Below, one piece after another: positions 26,561 to 40,607 of a stretch of DNA of 64,000 nt. Within the stretch, counting starts at the first letter, position 1; every line of letters starts with the position of its first letter. The notes under the pieces were generated by a model that made no database searches, was not told where the DNA came from, and saw only the letters and a list, made by a program, of their open reading frames with translations. Source of the DNA: Octopus sinensis (Eukaryota); assembly GCF_006345805.1 (NCBI RefSeq), contig NC_043004.1, positions 55,800,001-55,864,000 of the forward strand, in the 5' to 3' direction. Position numbers and translations under genes: made by a program.

Positions 26561-27261
26561 CATACTATCAAAAAGTACTAAAAGTTTAATATAAGATAAA
26601 GAGTATATATAGAGATATATATCATTATTTAACATTCGTCTTCCAATGCTGGCATGGGTTGGACAGTTTGTTAGGTGCTTGCCAGGTAGAAGACTACACC
26701 AGGCTACTGTGTTTGTTTCTATATACACAAACACAAACATATATAAACACACAGGCATATGCATCAAAAAACAGTGTATCAAAAAACAGAAAACACCAGC
26801 GACTATACGGCATGAGCCAGCATAAAGCGCATTAGTGGTGCATACTCTAGAGGTTCTAAGACCTTCAGAAGGCTGGTGTGTTGCAGATTAATAAGAATCA
26901 TACCAGCCTCGGAAAAAGCAGACAAAAAAAATCAATGACTGTACACACACACACATCTATACACATACATACACACACATCAATACACATACATACACAC
27001 ACATCAATACACATACATACACACACATCAATACACATACATACACACACATCTATACATATACAAACACACACATATGCAGACATTTTTACACACACAC
27101 AAATGATAAAAAACGATGGCCAATAAGCAAACATTTCTAGTTTTATAAATTTTATCAGTCGATAGACATATTCATCTTAAGTTAGCTATTTTCAAGTGAC
27201 AAGAAACTAATGGTAGTAAAACTTACTTACCATACATGATATATATATATATATATATATA

Positions 27262-28291
27262 TAGTGTAATATATAAAATATATGCATACATACATACATA
27301 TATGTATGTACCTACATCTACATGTATATATACATGTATATATAAATATATATACGTGAGTACAGGACACTACAAATAGACGTAGAACTCAACGAGAAAC
27401 GAAAACGTAAAAACAAACATGGAAAAGGACCTTTTTTTTAACAATGAAAAAACAGAGTACAAGACAAACAACACAAGGAAAAATCCCCTTCATCAGCCGA
27501 CCCTAGTACGACTCCTTGCGTGTTTCGAAGGTGAGGACAGAACACGACTAGTCGACCTAGCCCTTCCTGCGAAAGAATTAAATAAAATTCCTTTGCAGAG
27601 GGGTAAAAACAAGAAAAGAAAAAAATGTGACGTAAAAACGATACAAATAAAATTACAAAATAAAATACAAAATGAAAATACAATTACAAAAAAATACAGT
27701 ACAAGAAATAAAAACAAACAAGAAAACAAACAATGAGGGCCTTTTGGCCTAGACGAGGAAAGATTTTTTAAGAGCGCAGGAAGAAAGCGTGTTCACTGTT
27801 AGGAAGCCGCAAGCGAAAGGAAGTGGTCGCCCGGCTGTGAGAGAGATGAGGAGAGAGTGAGAGAGAGAGGAAGACAAGCGGCTGTGAGAGAGATGAGGAG
27901 GAGTGAGAGAGAGAGAGAGATAGAGGTAGACAAGGAAGGAAGGGAAGGTCAAGCAAAGGGTTATAGAGTTTCGCGTCATAATTATATATAAAAACTTACT
28001 TGGAGGAAACGAAACGACGTGAGGGTGCTCAGTCATACAATAGTATAATATATAAAATATATGCATACATACATATATGTACGTACCTACATCTACATGT
28101 ATATATACATGCATTTATAAATAAATATACGTGAGTACGTCCTGTACTCACGTATATATATTTATATATGCATGTATATATACATGTAGATGTAGGTACG
28201 TACATATATGTATGTATGTATGCATATATTTTATATATTACACTATTGTATGACTGAGCGCCCTCACGTCGTTTCGTTTCCTCCAAGTAAG

Positions 28292-28303
<12 letters not shown>
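27262..28303. repeat. Composite repeat: direct terminal repeat plus 320-bp terminal palindrome
   Basis: Block 27262-27368 recurs at about 28040-28138 and again inverted at 28139-28245; the palindrome spans 27983-28303. Confidence 0.8.
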
Positions 28304-28322
<19 letters not shown>

Positions 28323-28349
28323 CCATATATATCTGTCAACCCCCACCCC

Positions 28350-30490
28350 ACCCCAATGACCATCCCCATCACATCCCTTTCTTCATTCTTACAGAGACTC
28401 ACCTTAACAATTCTCACTTGAAAACTGAAGAAAAGGTGAGGAATACTACCACCATTCGCACAGACTGTGCAAGTAGCAGAGAGGGAGGAGCAGCTATTTT
28501 CCTACACATTTACCACAGGTACTAATAATATCTCATTGTTCAATGGCTATTGTGAATCAGTGTCCATGTGTAACAAAACTAATGATTTAGAAATAATTGG
28601 GCTCTACAGGCCACACCAAGAGCCTCTACTGTGTTTCAAAGACTGCCTCATGAATTTTAATTCTTTCATTCAATCGTGCCGATCTTATAATGTCCTGATG
28701 ATGAATAACATCAATTTTACTTGTGTTGACATCTCTAAGGTCATACCTTGAAGACAGGTGTGTGCATTTCAACCCCAGAGAATGCAGCAGTGAAATTACT
28801 TTTCAAATTCATGAAGAAATTTTTCCTGTCCCAATTCGTATATGTTCCAATGAGATTCACCATAAACACATTGGACTTAATGCTTAGTAACCACACTAAC
28901 ACTATACAGTGGGAAAGAAACCCTCCTGTCTGACCATAATATGGTTCTCTGTAGTTTGAGATTTTGGCAGTATGATTTTGCTCCAGCACACCATTTTCAC
29001 CTAATGGACCAACGAAATGCTAAATGGTAGGCAACCACCTATCATCTTTCACTCATACTCTCCTGGCAGCTATTTGTGGACATTGTCACAAATAAATGTT
29101 CATACACCCAACTACAGTCCACGAGCAAAACTAAATACAAGCTCCCATATAACAGAAGAACACTTACAAGAAAAATAAAAAGGATTTATTGAAAACTCAA
29201 CCAGTTGAAATATTGCAGCTGCATTGCCCATCCTTGACATATATAGCTTTACAGGAATCAGAGAAACACTATCTCCAAAACTGCATGAAGATTATCGTCA
29301 ACAGTCAAAGAGCAGCAGATGAAAAGTAGATCATAGAGAAAAAAAAAGTCAATCCTAAAATGTTCTCGTTCACCAAAAAGCATAAGGTCATGGTCTCACT
29401 TGCTTGACCTCTGATAGATGAAGACAACACTTTGCATAGTGGTGCAGAAGACATGGCTGAGATCCTGCAGAAGCAATACTACTCCACATTCAGCAATCCC
29501 AACATGTGTAATCCTGACAGCAACAGTCAAACAAACCCCCAGCACACCCTATCCAACGTAATCACTTAGTGCCTTAGATATCATAGCAGTTATTAACAAA
29601 TTTACAAACAACTCAGCGGCAAGCCCCAATAGGTCTCCCACTTGAGTCCTGAAGGAGTGCCACTATTAACTAGCATTCCCTTTAGCTATTCTCTGGAGGA
29701 AATCACCGGATGCTGGCTATATTCCTGAACAAATCCTATCTCAGTTGATCGTCCCAGTTTTCAAAAGGGCAACAAATTATGAGAGAGTGGTGAGATCTCA
29801 AGTAACTCATTTTCTGGAAAGTAACAGTCTACTTATTCCAAACCAACATGTGGAGATATGTGGCTTGGTTGTTAGGATGTTGGACTCATGATTGTATGAT
29901 TGTGGTTTCAATCCTTAGACTAGGTCGCACGTGTTTTTGACTAAAACACTTCATTTCATGTTACTCCAGTCCACTTGGCTGGCAAAAATGAGTAACATTG
30001 CAATGGACTGGTGTCCCATCCATGTATGGAATTTATACTCCATGAAACTGGGAAACTAGCCCTTAACCATATCCAGCCCAAATATTCTGTATGTTTTATA
30101 TTCAAACTGGTGATATCTAGCCTCTCACACCTAACCTACATTGATATTCTAAAAATAAACTATCACATCATTGAAACCTCAAAACTATAAGATAATGCAT
30201 GATTAATTCAAAACAATTTGAGTGAAAAACTATTACATTTAACAGAGTAATCTGAATACTAAAGGGTTAATAGTCGGTATGACTTGAGAAGATAATTAAC
30301 TTTTGCTAACTTAACCAGTATGGTTTCCATGATGGCAAGACTGGCCCAACACAGGTCTTGCATCACTTTCATGATATCCTAAGGCTGTGGGAGAAGGCTC
30401 CAATGCAGATTTCATCTACCTGATCTTCAATAAGACCTTTGACAAGCTTAACCACAACATCCTATTAAAGAAACTATTAAATAATGGAGT
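28350..30490 (+). mobile_element. Heavily decayed CR1-like LINE, interrupted by a SINE and a MITE
   Basis: Remnant motifs ILTETHL, REGGAAI, IIGLYRP, NTLDLMLSN and DFIYLIFNKTFDKLNH, with many stops. Confidence 0.75.
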
Positions 30491-31135
30491 CTAGTACTTA
30501 TTCTATCAGTCTCATTTGCTGAACTGCTATGTTACAGGGACATAAACACACCAGCATTGGTTGTCAAGCAATGTTGGGGGTACAAACACAGACACACAAA
30601 CATATACACACATATATATATGTATGTACATATACATATATGTGTGGAGGCGCAATGGCCTAGTGGTTAGGGCAGCGGACTCGCGGTCGTAGGATCGCGG
30701 TTTAGATTCCCAGACCGGGCGTTGTGAGTGTTTATTGAGCGAAAACACCTAAAAGCTCCACGAGGCTCCGGCAGGGGGTGGTGATCCCTGCTGTACTCTT
30801 TCACCACTCTTTCTCCCACTCTTTCTTCTGTTGGCCTGCTCACTTAGCCAGCGGGGTGGCGTCATTCGAAGGCTAAAACAATGCGAACGCATTGTGACCA
30901 GCGATGTGTAACTATATCTGATGGACTGGTCGGTCACGTGATGGTGATGGTGATGACATATATGTACATATATGACAGGCTTCTTCCAGTTTGCGTCTAC
31001 CAAATCCACTCACAAGGCTTTGGTCAGCCTGAGGCTATATTAGAAGACACTTGCTCAAGGTGCCATGCAGTGGGACTGAACCCGGAACCATGTGGTTGGT
31101 TAGCAAGCTACTTACCACACAGTCACTCCTGCGCC
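30490..31135 (-). mobile_element. SINE family A interrupted by SINE family C
   Basis: A-family halves flank 30625-30955 at the central microsatellite. Confidence 0.8.
30625..30955 (+). mobile_element. tRNA-derived SINE family C
   Basis: gtggaggcgcaatggcctagtggttagggcagcggactc head; GGTGAT-type tail. Confidence 0.8.
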
Positions 31136-31773
31136 TATATATATATATATTTATTTATTTATTTATTTTTGTCAATATATGTATATACATACATGACGTG
31201 TATAATATACACACACATACGAACGTATATATATATGTGTGTGTGTGTGTGTATAATATATATATATTTGTGTGTGTGTGTGTGCGTGTATCTTTGTAAG
31301 TCAAAACTACTAACCAAGCCTAAATAACTCTCTTTTAATCTATTGAAATAGATACCTTTCATAAATATATGTTTCAGTGACCGCAAAAAGCCTGCTTTAA
31401 CGACAGGTTGGTGCAAGACCATGATCAATAGGCCAGTACTGAACAGCGATGATCGCACGGCATAGTATTTCTGGTCAGCCCTTGTGTTGGTCATCTGGGA
31501 TTTGGCTCCCTGCCAGATAGAGTATAGAGTGCTGTTTAGTTGGCTGATGATAATACAGCTTTAAAACTGTGTGTGTGTTTGTGTGTTAGTAGTATATATG
31601 TACCAACATATTTTACAGTAGTTCTTTTTCCATGTTGGTATGGGTTATATAATATCTATATCTAGTTAGTTATTTACCTACTTACCTACCTACCTATCTA
31701 TCTATTTATCTGTCTGTCTGTCTGTCTATTTATCTGTGTGTGTATGTACCTATATCTAGTTATATATATCTCT

Positions 31774-32144
31774 CTTTACTCTTTTACTCTTTTACTTGTT
31801 TCAGTCATTTGACTGCGGCCATGCTGGAGCACTGCCTTTAGTCGAGCAAATCGACCCCGGGACTTATTCTTTTTTGTAAGCCCAGTACTTATTCTATCGG
31901 TCTCTTTTGCCGAACCGCTAAGTGACGGGGACGTAAACACACCAACATCAGTTGTCAAGCAATGCTAGGGGAACAAACACAGACACACAAACATACACAC
32001 ACACATACATATATATATATACACGGCAGGCTTCTTTTAGTTTCCGTCTACCAAATCCACTGCCCAAGATGCCACGCAGTGGGACTGAACCCGGAACCAT
32101 ATGGTTGGTAAGCAAGCTACTTACCACACAGCCACTCCTGCGCC
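31774..32144 (-). mobile_element. SINE family A
   Basis: Consensus match with an internal deletion. Confidence 0.85.
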
Positions 32145-32374
32145 CTTATATATATGTACATGTACAAATATATATATATAGACACACATATGCAGTCACA
32201 TGTTTATATTTGCGTCTAAATAAAGATATCTGTATATATGCATGCTTGTGTGCGTGTATACATCTTTTATGACAAATACACAGACACACAGATACATATA
32301 TATGCATTAGTCCAACCCATGCCTACATGGAAGGTGGATGTTAAATGATAATGATGATGATATATACATACATG

Positions 32375-32407
<33 letters not shown>

Positions 32408-32411
<4 letters not shown>

Positions 32412-32728
32412 TAATAAAAGGGTTCAGCAAAGATTTGCTTCACCACACACCGAAGTTAAGAAATAGCAGCCAAAACTTTTAGCTATTTCTTCTACTTTAA
32501 AAAGGGTCTTCCAGAGAAACCAAAATACTTGAAACGCGCGTCCATGGACGACCAGATATTGATTGATTTTCGTTGCTTTATTCTCTGCCTGTGTGAATAA
32601 CCTTCAAGTATTTTGGTTTCTCTGGAAGACCCTTTTTAAAGTAGAAGAAATAGCTAATATTTTTGGCTGCTATTTCTTAACTTCGGTGTGTGGTGAAGCA
32701 AATCTTTGCTGAACCCTTTTATTAGTAT
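32408..32728. repeat. Fold-back element, 126-bp arms, 69-bp spacer
   Basis: 32408-32533 versus 32603-32728 with 2 mismatches; GAAACGCGCGTC (32531-42) lies at the left arm-spacer junction. Confidence 0.88.
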
Positions 32729-33174
32729 TACCTAAGTTTGCCGTGAAACGGTCCTTTTTTCATACCGAATTCTACTTGGTGAAATTATTGATTACTTCTA
32801 AATTAACTAATTTTACCCTTTGTTATTATTGAAATATATATATATATATATATATGTATGTATCTATGTATATACATATATATATATACTTATATATAAA
32901 ATATATATCTCTCTCTCCTTATATATACAGAGTGTAGTACTCGTTTGTGCAGATTTATATTTAAATAAAAAAAAGCAGGTGTTCAAGAGTTTATGTTTAT
33001 TACATATGTGAGGTGTGGGGATATGTGGGTAAACAAGGGAATATAGGGACAAAATAAAGCAAAGAGGATGAAAGAGAATATATTATGGGACAGTGTGATA
33101 TGAAAGAAAGGAACGCAAAGCAACCTGTAAATATTGTAAACTGGTGCCTCAATGTATGTGTGTGTGTGTGTGTG

Positions 33175-33206
<32 letters not shown>

Positions 33207-34379
33207 CCATCCGTTCATGGCCGTTGCCAGCCTTGCCCAGCCCCCCCGTGCCAGTGGCACGTAAAAAGCACCATCCGATCGTGGCCATTTGCCAGGCTCT
33301 TCTGGCATGTAAAAAGCACCCACTACACTCACGGAGTGGTTGGCGTTAGGAATGGCATCCAGCCGTAGAAACATTGCCAGATCAGACTGGGCCTGGTGCA
33401 GGCTTCTGGCTTCCCAGACCCCAGTTGATCCGTCCAACCCATGCTAGCATGGAAAGCGGACGCTAAACGATGATGATGATGATGATATACATGCATATAT
33501 ATTTATATACACAGATATACATATATGTATGCATATGTATATGTACATATCAACATCATTGGCAGCGATTTGAATTCCACTGCTCCGTACACGCATGGGT
33601 TGGACGGAATGTGTTGAGGCAGACTTTCAATGGCTGGATGTCCTTCCTGTTGCCAGCCCTTTCCTGTTTTCAAGGTAATATTTCCTCTTGGCTGGACATA
33701 TTTTACTCAGAAGATTGATAACAAAGGATACCCCTTGCATGACAGTGACACCTGTTCACACCAATCAAGCAATGTGACACCAACCACAAACACATACACA
33801 TATATATGATGGACTTTCAGTTTCTTATTTCTTTATTGCCCACAAGGGGCTAAACATAGAGGGGTCAAACAAGGACAGACAAAGGGATTAAGTTGATTAC
33901 ATCGACCCCAGTCTGTAACTGATACTTAATTTATCGACCTCGAAAGGATGAAAGGCAAAGTTGACCTTGGCGGAATTTGAACTCAGAACGTAGCGGCAGA
34001 AGAAATACCACTAAACATTTCACCCAGCGTGCTAATGTTTCTGCCAGCTTGCCACCCTCAAATGCACTTTCAGTTTCTGCTGACCAAATTCAATTACAAG
34101 TCTTTTGTTGACTTTGTTGGCCCAAGTCTTTGGGAGAAGACATTTGCCAAAGGTGCCACACAGTAGAACTGAACCTAGAACCAAGTGGGTGGGAAGCAAG
34201 TTTCTTAATCATGCACTACACCTTCACCTATATATATATATATATATAGTATTTAAAACAGTTTGATTTGGTTACATGTGTCTTAAAGCTCTACAGGTCT
34301 CTAATAAAAGCCCATCTCTTTCAGACTTTTGGATTACTAAATGGAGAGATAGAAAAAGTCCAAGATGGCTTGAGGCCTG

Positions 34380-34744
34380 TGAAACTTTTGCGGCCATGCT
34401 GGAGCACCGCCTTTAGTCGAGCAAATCGACCCCAGGACTTATTCTTTTGTAAGCCCAGTACTTATTCTATCGGTCTCTTTTGCCGAACCACTAAGTAACG
34501 GGGACGTAAACACACCAGCATCGGTTGTCAAGCAATGCTAGGGGGACAAACACAGACACACACACATATATATACATATATATGACGGGCTTCTTTCAGT
34601 TTCCGTCTACCAAATCCACTCACAAGGCATTGGTTGGCCCGGGGCTATAGCAGAAGACACTTGCCCAAGGTGCCACTCAGGGGGACTGAACCTGGAACCA
34701 TGTGGTTGGTTAGCAAGCTACTTACCACACAGCCACTCCTGCGC
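34380..34744 (-). mobile_element. SINE family A
   Basis: Consensus match. Confidence 0.85.
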
Positions 34745-35245
34745 CTATACATGTAACTCCTACTAAATGTGTTGAGTGCCCTTTTCTTTTGTTTGGCCAC
34801 TCATTCATGGTTGGTGTTAGAAAGAGCATCGATGTTTAAAAACTATGTCAGAAGAGACACTGAAGCCTGGTGCAGCTTCTGCCTAGCCAGCCTCTGTCAA
34901 ACCATGCAACCTGTATCAGCATGGAAAGCAGATGTTAAATGATGATGATGATAATGATGATGATGTGTGTGTGTGGTGTGTGTGTGTGAAGTTGTGTGGC
35001 CTAGTGGTTAGGGTGTTGCAATCTCTAGATTGTGGGTTTGATTCCCTAACTGGGCAGCGCATTGTGTTCTTGAGCAAAACACTTCATTTCATATTGCTTC
35101 AGTCCCCCTTCGATCAGTGGGGATTGTTGGCTTGCTTGCCTAGCCAGCAGGGCAGCATCATTTGAAGGTTAAATAAAAAAGTGCACTGTGACCAGCAATG
35201 TGTAACAACATCTGACAGCCTGGTTAGTCATGTGATCACGTGTTA

Positions 35246-35947
35246 TCTATTATATAAAATCCGTTCTGTCAGTGTGCATGTCTTCTAGGATCTCGGGCAT
35301 CCTCCATTCGATTGCGCTCAAATTTAATATGTAAATACAGACGGTATCAGGGCATGTATAAGTCTTGAAAAAATTACAAAAATTGATTCCAGGTGAGAAT
35401 GCGATCGATAAAGCCATGGGAATGTACATTTGTATATACAAGTACATCAGCTGTTGCGATTGATACTATGTGTACGTGAGAAAAATGCATGTGTAGTTTG
35501 CGCAAAAAAATCATCATGCTTTTCCATCTAGATTTACCTCCAGCTAACCTATTTGCATGAATTGTTTTTGTCCTGCTTTTCTTCCATCAACCTGTACATA
35601 ACTGCACCTTACATTTTTTGTTGTTTTTGTACTGCTTAAAAGCACATTTCTTTCCTGCCAAGCTTACTATTTAAACTATGTTTGTGTTCTCCCAGTCAAC
35701 AGCCTTATCATTACTGGTACTTCAAACTCTTCAGTTGCATATTTGTATGAATAAAATCGTTTTTCTTTGGAATAGAAAAATAGGTTATCTTTATTTCTTC
35801 TCTTGCTGATGCCTTAAATTTAAGTTAAATCAGTGCTTCTTGCTGGGGGAGGGGGGGCTATGGGATGGTCAGACAAGTTGTTTTGAGAAAATTTGGTTTA
35901 AATGTTTGACAACTCAGCACTGTCCATCGGACGGGGGACGTTTTGCT

Positions 35948-35949
<2 letters not shown>
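35246..35949 (+). mobile_element. Non-autonomous Helitron, distinct family
   Basis: A|TCTATTATATAAAATCC 5' end; 3' gtccatcggac hairpin then CTTG|T. Confidence 0.6.
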
Positions 35950-35986
<37 letters not shown>

Positions 35987-36337
35987 GAGTTGTGTAAGAT
36001 ATGGATTTAGAGAATCATGCACCTATCATGGTAAGCACCTCCTACAGACTTGGATCTTAGTCCCCAGCGCAACCGATTACAATGTAGTATACTGTTATGT
36101 GTAGTTGTAGCTGAAAATTTAAGAAATCCAAGCGATAAAATTATTCTGTGAAGAGTATATTAGTTGAACCATTGATGTAACCATGATGTTCTGGTAATTT
36201 GATGAGCTAGCTTTCTCTATATGCATTAATTTGTGAATATACAATTGTATAATGTTGAGCGCACATATTACTGCATATATGTATACACAATTTCTGGTAT
36301 ACTGAAACTAATATTCCTTGAAGTAGGGTGTGAAATA

Positions 36338-36557
36338 CTCTTTTACTCTTTTAGTTGTTTCAGTCATGTTTCAGTCATAAAGGCTGGAGCACCGCCTTTA
36401 ATCGAGCAACTCGACCCCAGGACTTATTCGTTTGTAAGCCCAGTACTTATTCTATCGGTCTCTTTTGTCGAGCCACTAAGTAACGGGGACATAAACACAC
36501 CAGCATCGGTTGTCAAGCAATGCTAGGGGGACAAACACAGACACACAAACATACACA

Positions 36558-36600
<43 letters not shown>

Positions 36601-36757
36601 GACGGGCTTCTTTCAGTTTCCGTCTACCAAATCCACTCACAAGGCATTGGTCGGCCCGAGGCTATAGTAGAAGATACTTGCCCAAGGTGCCACGCAGTGG
36701 GACTGAACCCGAAACCATGTGGTTGGTAAACAAGCTACTTACCATACAGCCACTCCA
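36338..36757 (-). mobile_element. SINE family A
   Basis: Consensus match. Confidence 0.85.
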
Positions 36758-38722
36758 GGTCATAATTCTATAGAAGTCATATGGTCACATGGTTAAATCT
36801 ACATTCACCTTTCATAGGTGGCAAGCTGGCAGAAATGTTAGCATGCTGGGCAAACTGCTTAGTGGTATTTCATCTGTCTTTATGTTCTGAGTTCAAATTC
36901 CACCAAGGTCGATTTTGTCTTTCATCCTTTTGGGGATCAATAAATTAAGTACCAGTTGCATACTGGGGTCAATCTAATCGAGTGGCCCCCTCCCACAAAA
37001 ATTTCAGGTCCTGTGCCTAGAGTAGAAAAGTATATTCACCTTTCATACTTCCTGACGTTATGTTTTATATACACTCATGCATATATGCACAAACCGTCAT
37101 ACCTTGCATTACAGCTACCTCAGGTTACATGATTTCACACACATTGGCATCTCTGCTAGTGGAGCACTAAGAGCACCATCCGAGCATGATCATTGCCAGA
37201 GCAGCTAAAAGCACCATTAGAGTGTGATCGTTACCAGTGTCACCTTACTGGCACGTGAAAAAACATTTGAGCGAGGTCATTGCCAGTGCTGCTGGACTGG
37301 CTCCTATGCAGGTGGCACATAAGAAACACCATTTGAGTGTGGCCATTGCCAGTACTGCCTGACTGGCCCTCATGCCGGTGGCATGTAAAAGCATCCACTA
37401 CACCCTCAGAGTGGTTGGTGTTAGGAAGGGCATCCAGCTGTAGAAACTTTGCCTGGAGCCTGGTGCAAGCCATTTGGTTCACCAGTCCTCAGTCAAATCG
37501 TCCAACCCATGCTAGCATGGAAAGCGTATGTTAAACGATGATGATGATGATGTAATAGATATATCATCATCATCATCATCATTGTTTAACATCCGCTTTC
37601 CAAGCTAGCATGGGTTGGACGATTTAACTTGAACACAGCCTGTAATTTAACCCTCACTCAAACTCAGATATATTTTAAGAACCATAAAACAAATCTACAC
37701 ATTCTGCTCATCCTAAAGGCTGCTTCTTTGTTTTTTAACTAAGGTCAAAGTAATAAACAATTAGGAAAAAATAATCATGATACATAGATATGTGCATGTG
37801 TGTGTGCATGTGCATGCAAAGTGCCAGAGTATATGTCACAACAAGCACTTATGGAATCTCTTTCTTTACTGCCCACGAGGGGCTAAACACAGAGGGGACA
37901 AACAAGGACAGACAAACAGATTAAGTCGATTATATCGACCCCAGTACGTAACTGGTACTTATTTAATCGACCCCGAAAGGATGAAAGGCAAAGTCAACCT
38001 CGCCGGAATTTGAACTCAGAACGTAACGGCAGACAAAATACCGATAAGCATTTCACCCGGCGTGCTAACGATTCTGCCAGCTCACCGCCTTATGGAATCA
38101 TCATCATCATCTAACATCCACTTTCCATGCTGGCATGCATTGGATGGTTTGACAGGTGCTGGCTGGGCAGAATGCAATCACCAAGCTTCAGTGTCTGTTT
38201 TGGCATGGCTTTTTACAGCTGGATGCCCTTCCTAACATCAACCACCTTGCAAAGTGGAATATGAGGTGCGATTTTTCACTAGAGTTGTGGGGTCCTTTTA
38301 GTCCCATTCATGACATGGTTTTCTCTCTAGTGCTGGTATCCTGAAAAGTATAACTAGTATACTCAGTAAAGTGTGAGATTATGAGGACATGACAGTGCTC
38401 TAGAGCCAGGAAAAATACGCACTCCACTGTGTAAAGTAATTAGGAGAGACATCCAGTAGAAGAAAGAAAACCAAAAAATGAAACATGAAAGAGATGAGGT
38501 TCCCTAAAATGTCTAGGCAAGTATTTACTCTGAATATGTGTTGATTCTGACTGACAATCCATCAGTGTGGAAAATAGGAATAAAATGATGGTGATGATGA
38601 TAGGTACCCAGGAAATAATGGTATATGGTTACATGAATATGAGTGGAGTATTTCTCTAGTGCAGAACTCAACATATAAAAGAACAAGAAACTGCTTGTAA
38701 AGAAAGGATGAGACAAACAAAC

Positions 38723-38829
38723 CTGTTGAAATCAGAAACATATTTGTGAATACAGGAAAATGCCTGGTAGAATCGGGTTACAATTTCGATGTGGTTTTCT
38801 TTGAATTCATCATCCAGATCTTGAAGGTC
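38723..38829 (-). CDS. WASHC5: Strumpellin coding exon 2 ([35 protein letters not shown]+AG)
   Basis: Pyrimidine tract + TAAG acceptor, 107 nt, donor AG|GTTTGT (phase 2); matches human [36 protein letters not shown]. Confidence 0.96.
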
Positions 38830-38907
38830 CTTAAAAAATGAGAGCAAAAAATAAATAATCAGATTGAAATAAAAGCAGACAACTGTGATTGGGAACAATA
38901 GAGATAA

Positions 38908-38968
<61 letters not shown>

Positions 38969-40607
38969 GTGATTGAGTGTGTGGGGGTAGGTACATGTGT
39001 GTGTGTGGTGAGGTGTGTGGTACACAGAAAAAATTAATTTTCATACAAAGAGGTTGTGCATGTGAATAAACTTGCACTTGTGGATATATGTGTCACAACA
39101 GAACATACACACACGTTTGTATCTATATGTGCATATACATTTTATACATACATCTATACACACACATATTTTAATTCACCGTTATTGAATTAAAAATCTA
39201 AACATGTTCTTTCTAATCTACTGACGTGTAGAAAGAAGAGTGTGTGACCATTTCTTGGTTTGTAGACTATTTCTCAAAGAAGACATTCTCTGCTTTCTTC
39301 CCAGACCATCAAAATAAGGCATTCAGCTGCTAAATAAAATTAGTCATAAATTAGGTTTTGATATTAGTGGATAACCTAATTTGCATAGCTGTGCATTTGA
39401 TAGCTAGTCATTAATTACACACTATTAATTTTGTTTCTTTCCTGGAATCCTTTGCCAATCAACAGTATAGAATATTCAACTGTTATATAAAGCGGTTATA
39501 AATTAGACTAGATATCGATAGCCTAATTTGCATATTTGTGCATTTAATAGCTCAATATTAATTAATATGTATCTTATGCACATTATATTGTAATTCAGAG
39601 GAAATGAAAATAAATATAAATATTACAAAACTTTGCTTTAGATGAACTAAGAATGCAAACACGTTCAATCAATGCTACAGATGTGAGGAAAAAAAATAAG
39701 GAAGTAGTCTCCTGACAGACTGTTTCTTGGTTTGTTGGTCACTCCCCAGAGAAAATATATCCAGCTTCCTTCTTAATCACTTCTGGTTTATGCTGTTGAG
39801 CATAAAATGAATATTGTTTAATGATGATCTTTCAAATGCGCACATTAAATAGGCTGTCCACTAATGTGCCAGTCTAATTTATGACTACATATATATAAGA
39901 ATTTGGGTATATCTTGTTTAAATAGTGGTCAACAAGCCATGAGTCTACACCTGCAGTATACCAAAACTATATTTACATTCTTAATTCATCCTCAGTGAGG
40001 CTTTGTAATATTTAAATTTATTTTCAGTTCCAATTTATGTCCATAATGCACATGCAGACACATACACACACATACACATATACATACATAAGTGTGTGTG
40101 TGTGTGTGTGTGTGTTGGTATGTATGTGTATATTTCATGACAAATATGGAAAAACAAATAACAATGTAGACCAGTTTATTCAAATTTAATGAAAGTCACT
40201 TATAAGCATGCACACACAAACACACACATACATACATACACATATTACACAGTAACTGTAGGGAAGGAACAGTTTGTAACTGAAATAAATATGAGACAAA
40301 ACTGAGAGGAAGCTGCATCTGTTGACAGTTAACTAATGAAACTGATCTTGTGATTTGGTATTTAGATAAATAAAATATTAGTCTCCTCACAATTATATTT
40401 TTACTTTCTGGCTGGTATTATCAACAATTTAAAATATGGATGCAGGAATGACAATATACTGCTGTGAAAACAACGTACAAAGTACAATTCTTGTTGTTTG
40501 TTCCATTAACCAAAGGTAAGATTAAAACCTTAAATCAATACAAATTACTTGAAACACTAATATCGATGATGATGATGATGATCATCATCATCATCATCAT
40601 GCACATA

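Noticed and set aside
27480-27540. GAAAC ... GTA ... CTGATGA on the minus strand in type-II hammerhead order
   Set aside because: The only good stem II pairing (TCACCTTC/GAAGGGGA) sequesters G8-A9, and stems I and III do not form convincingly.
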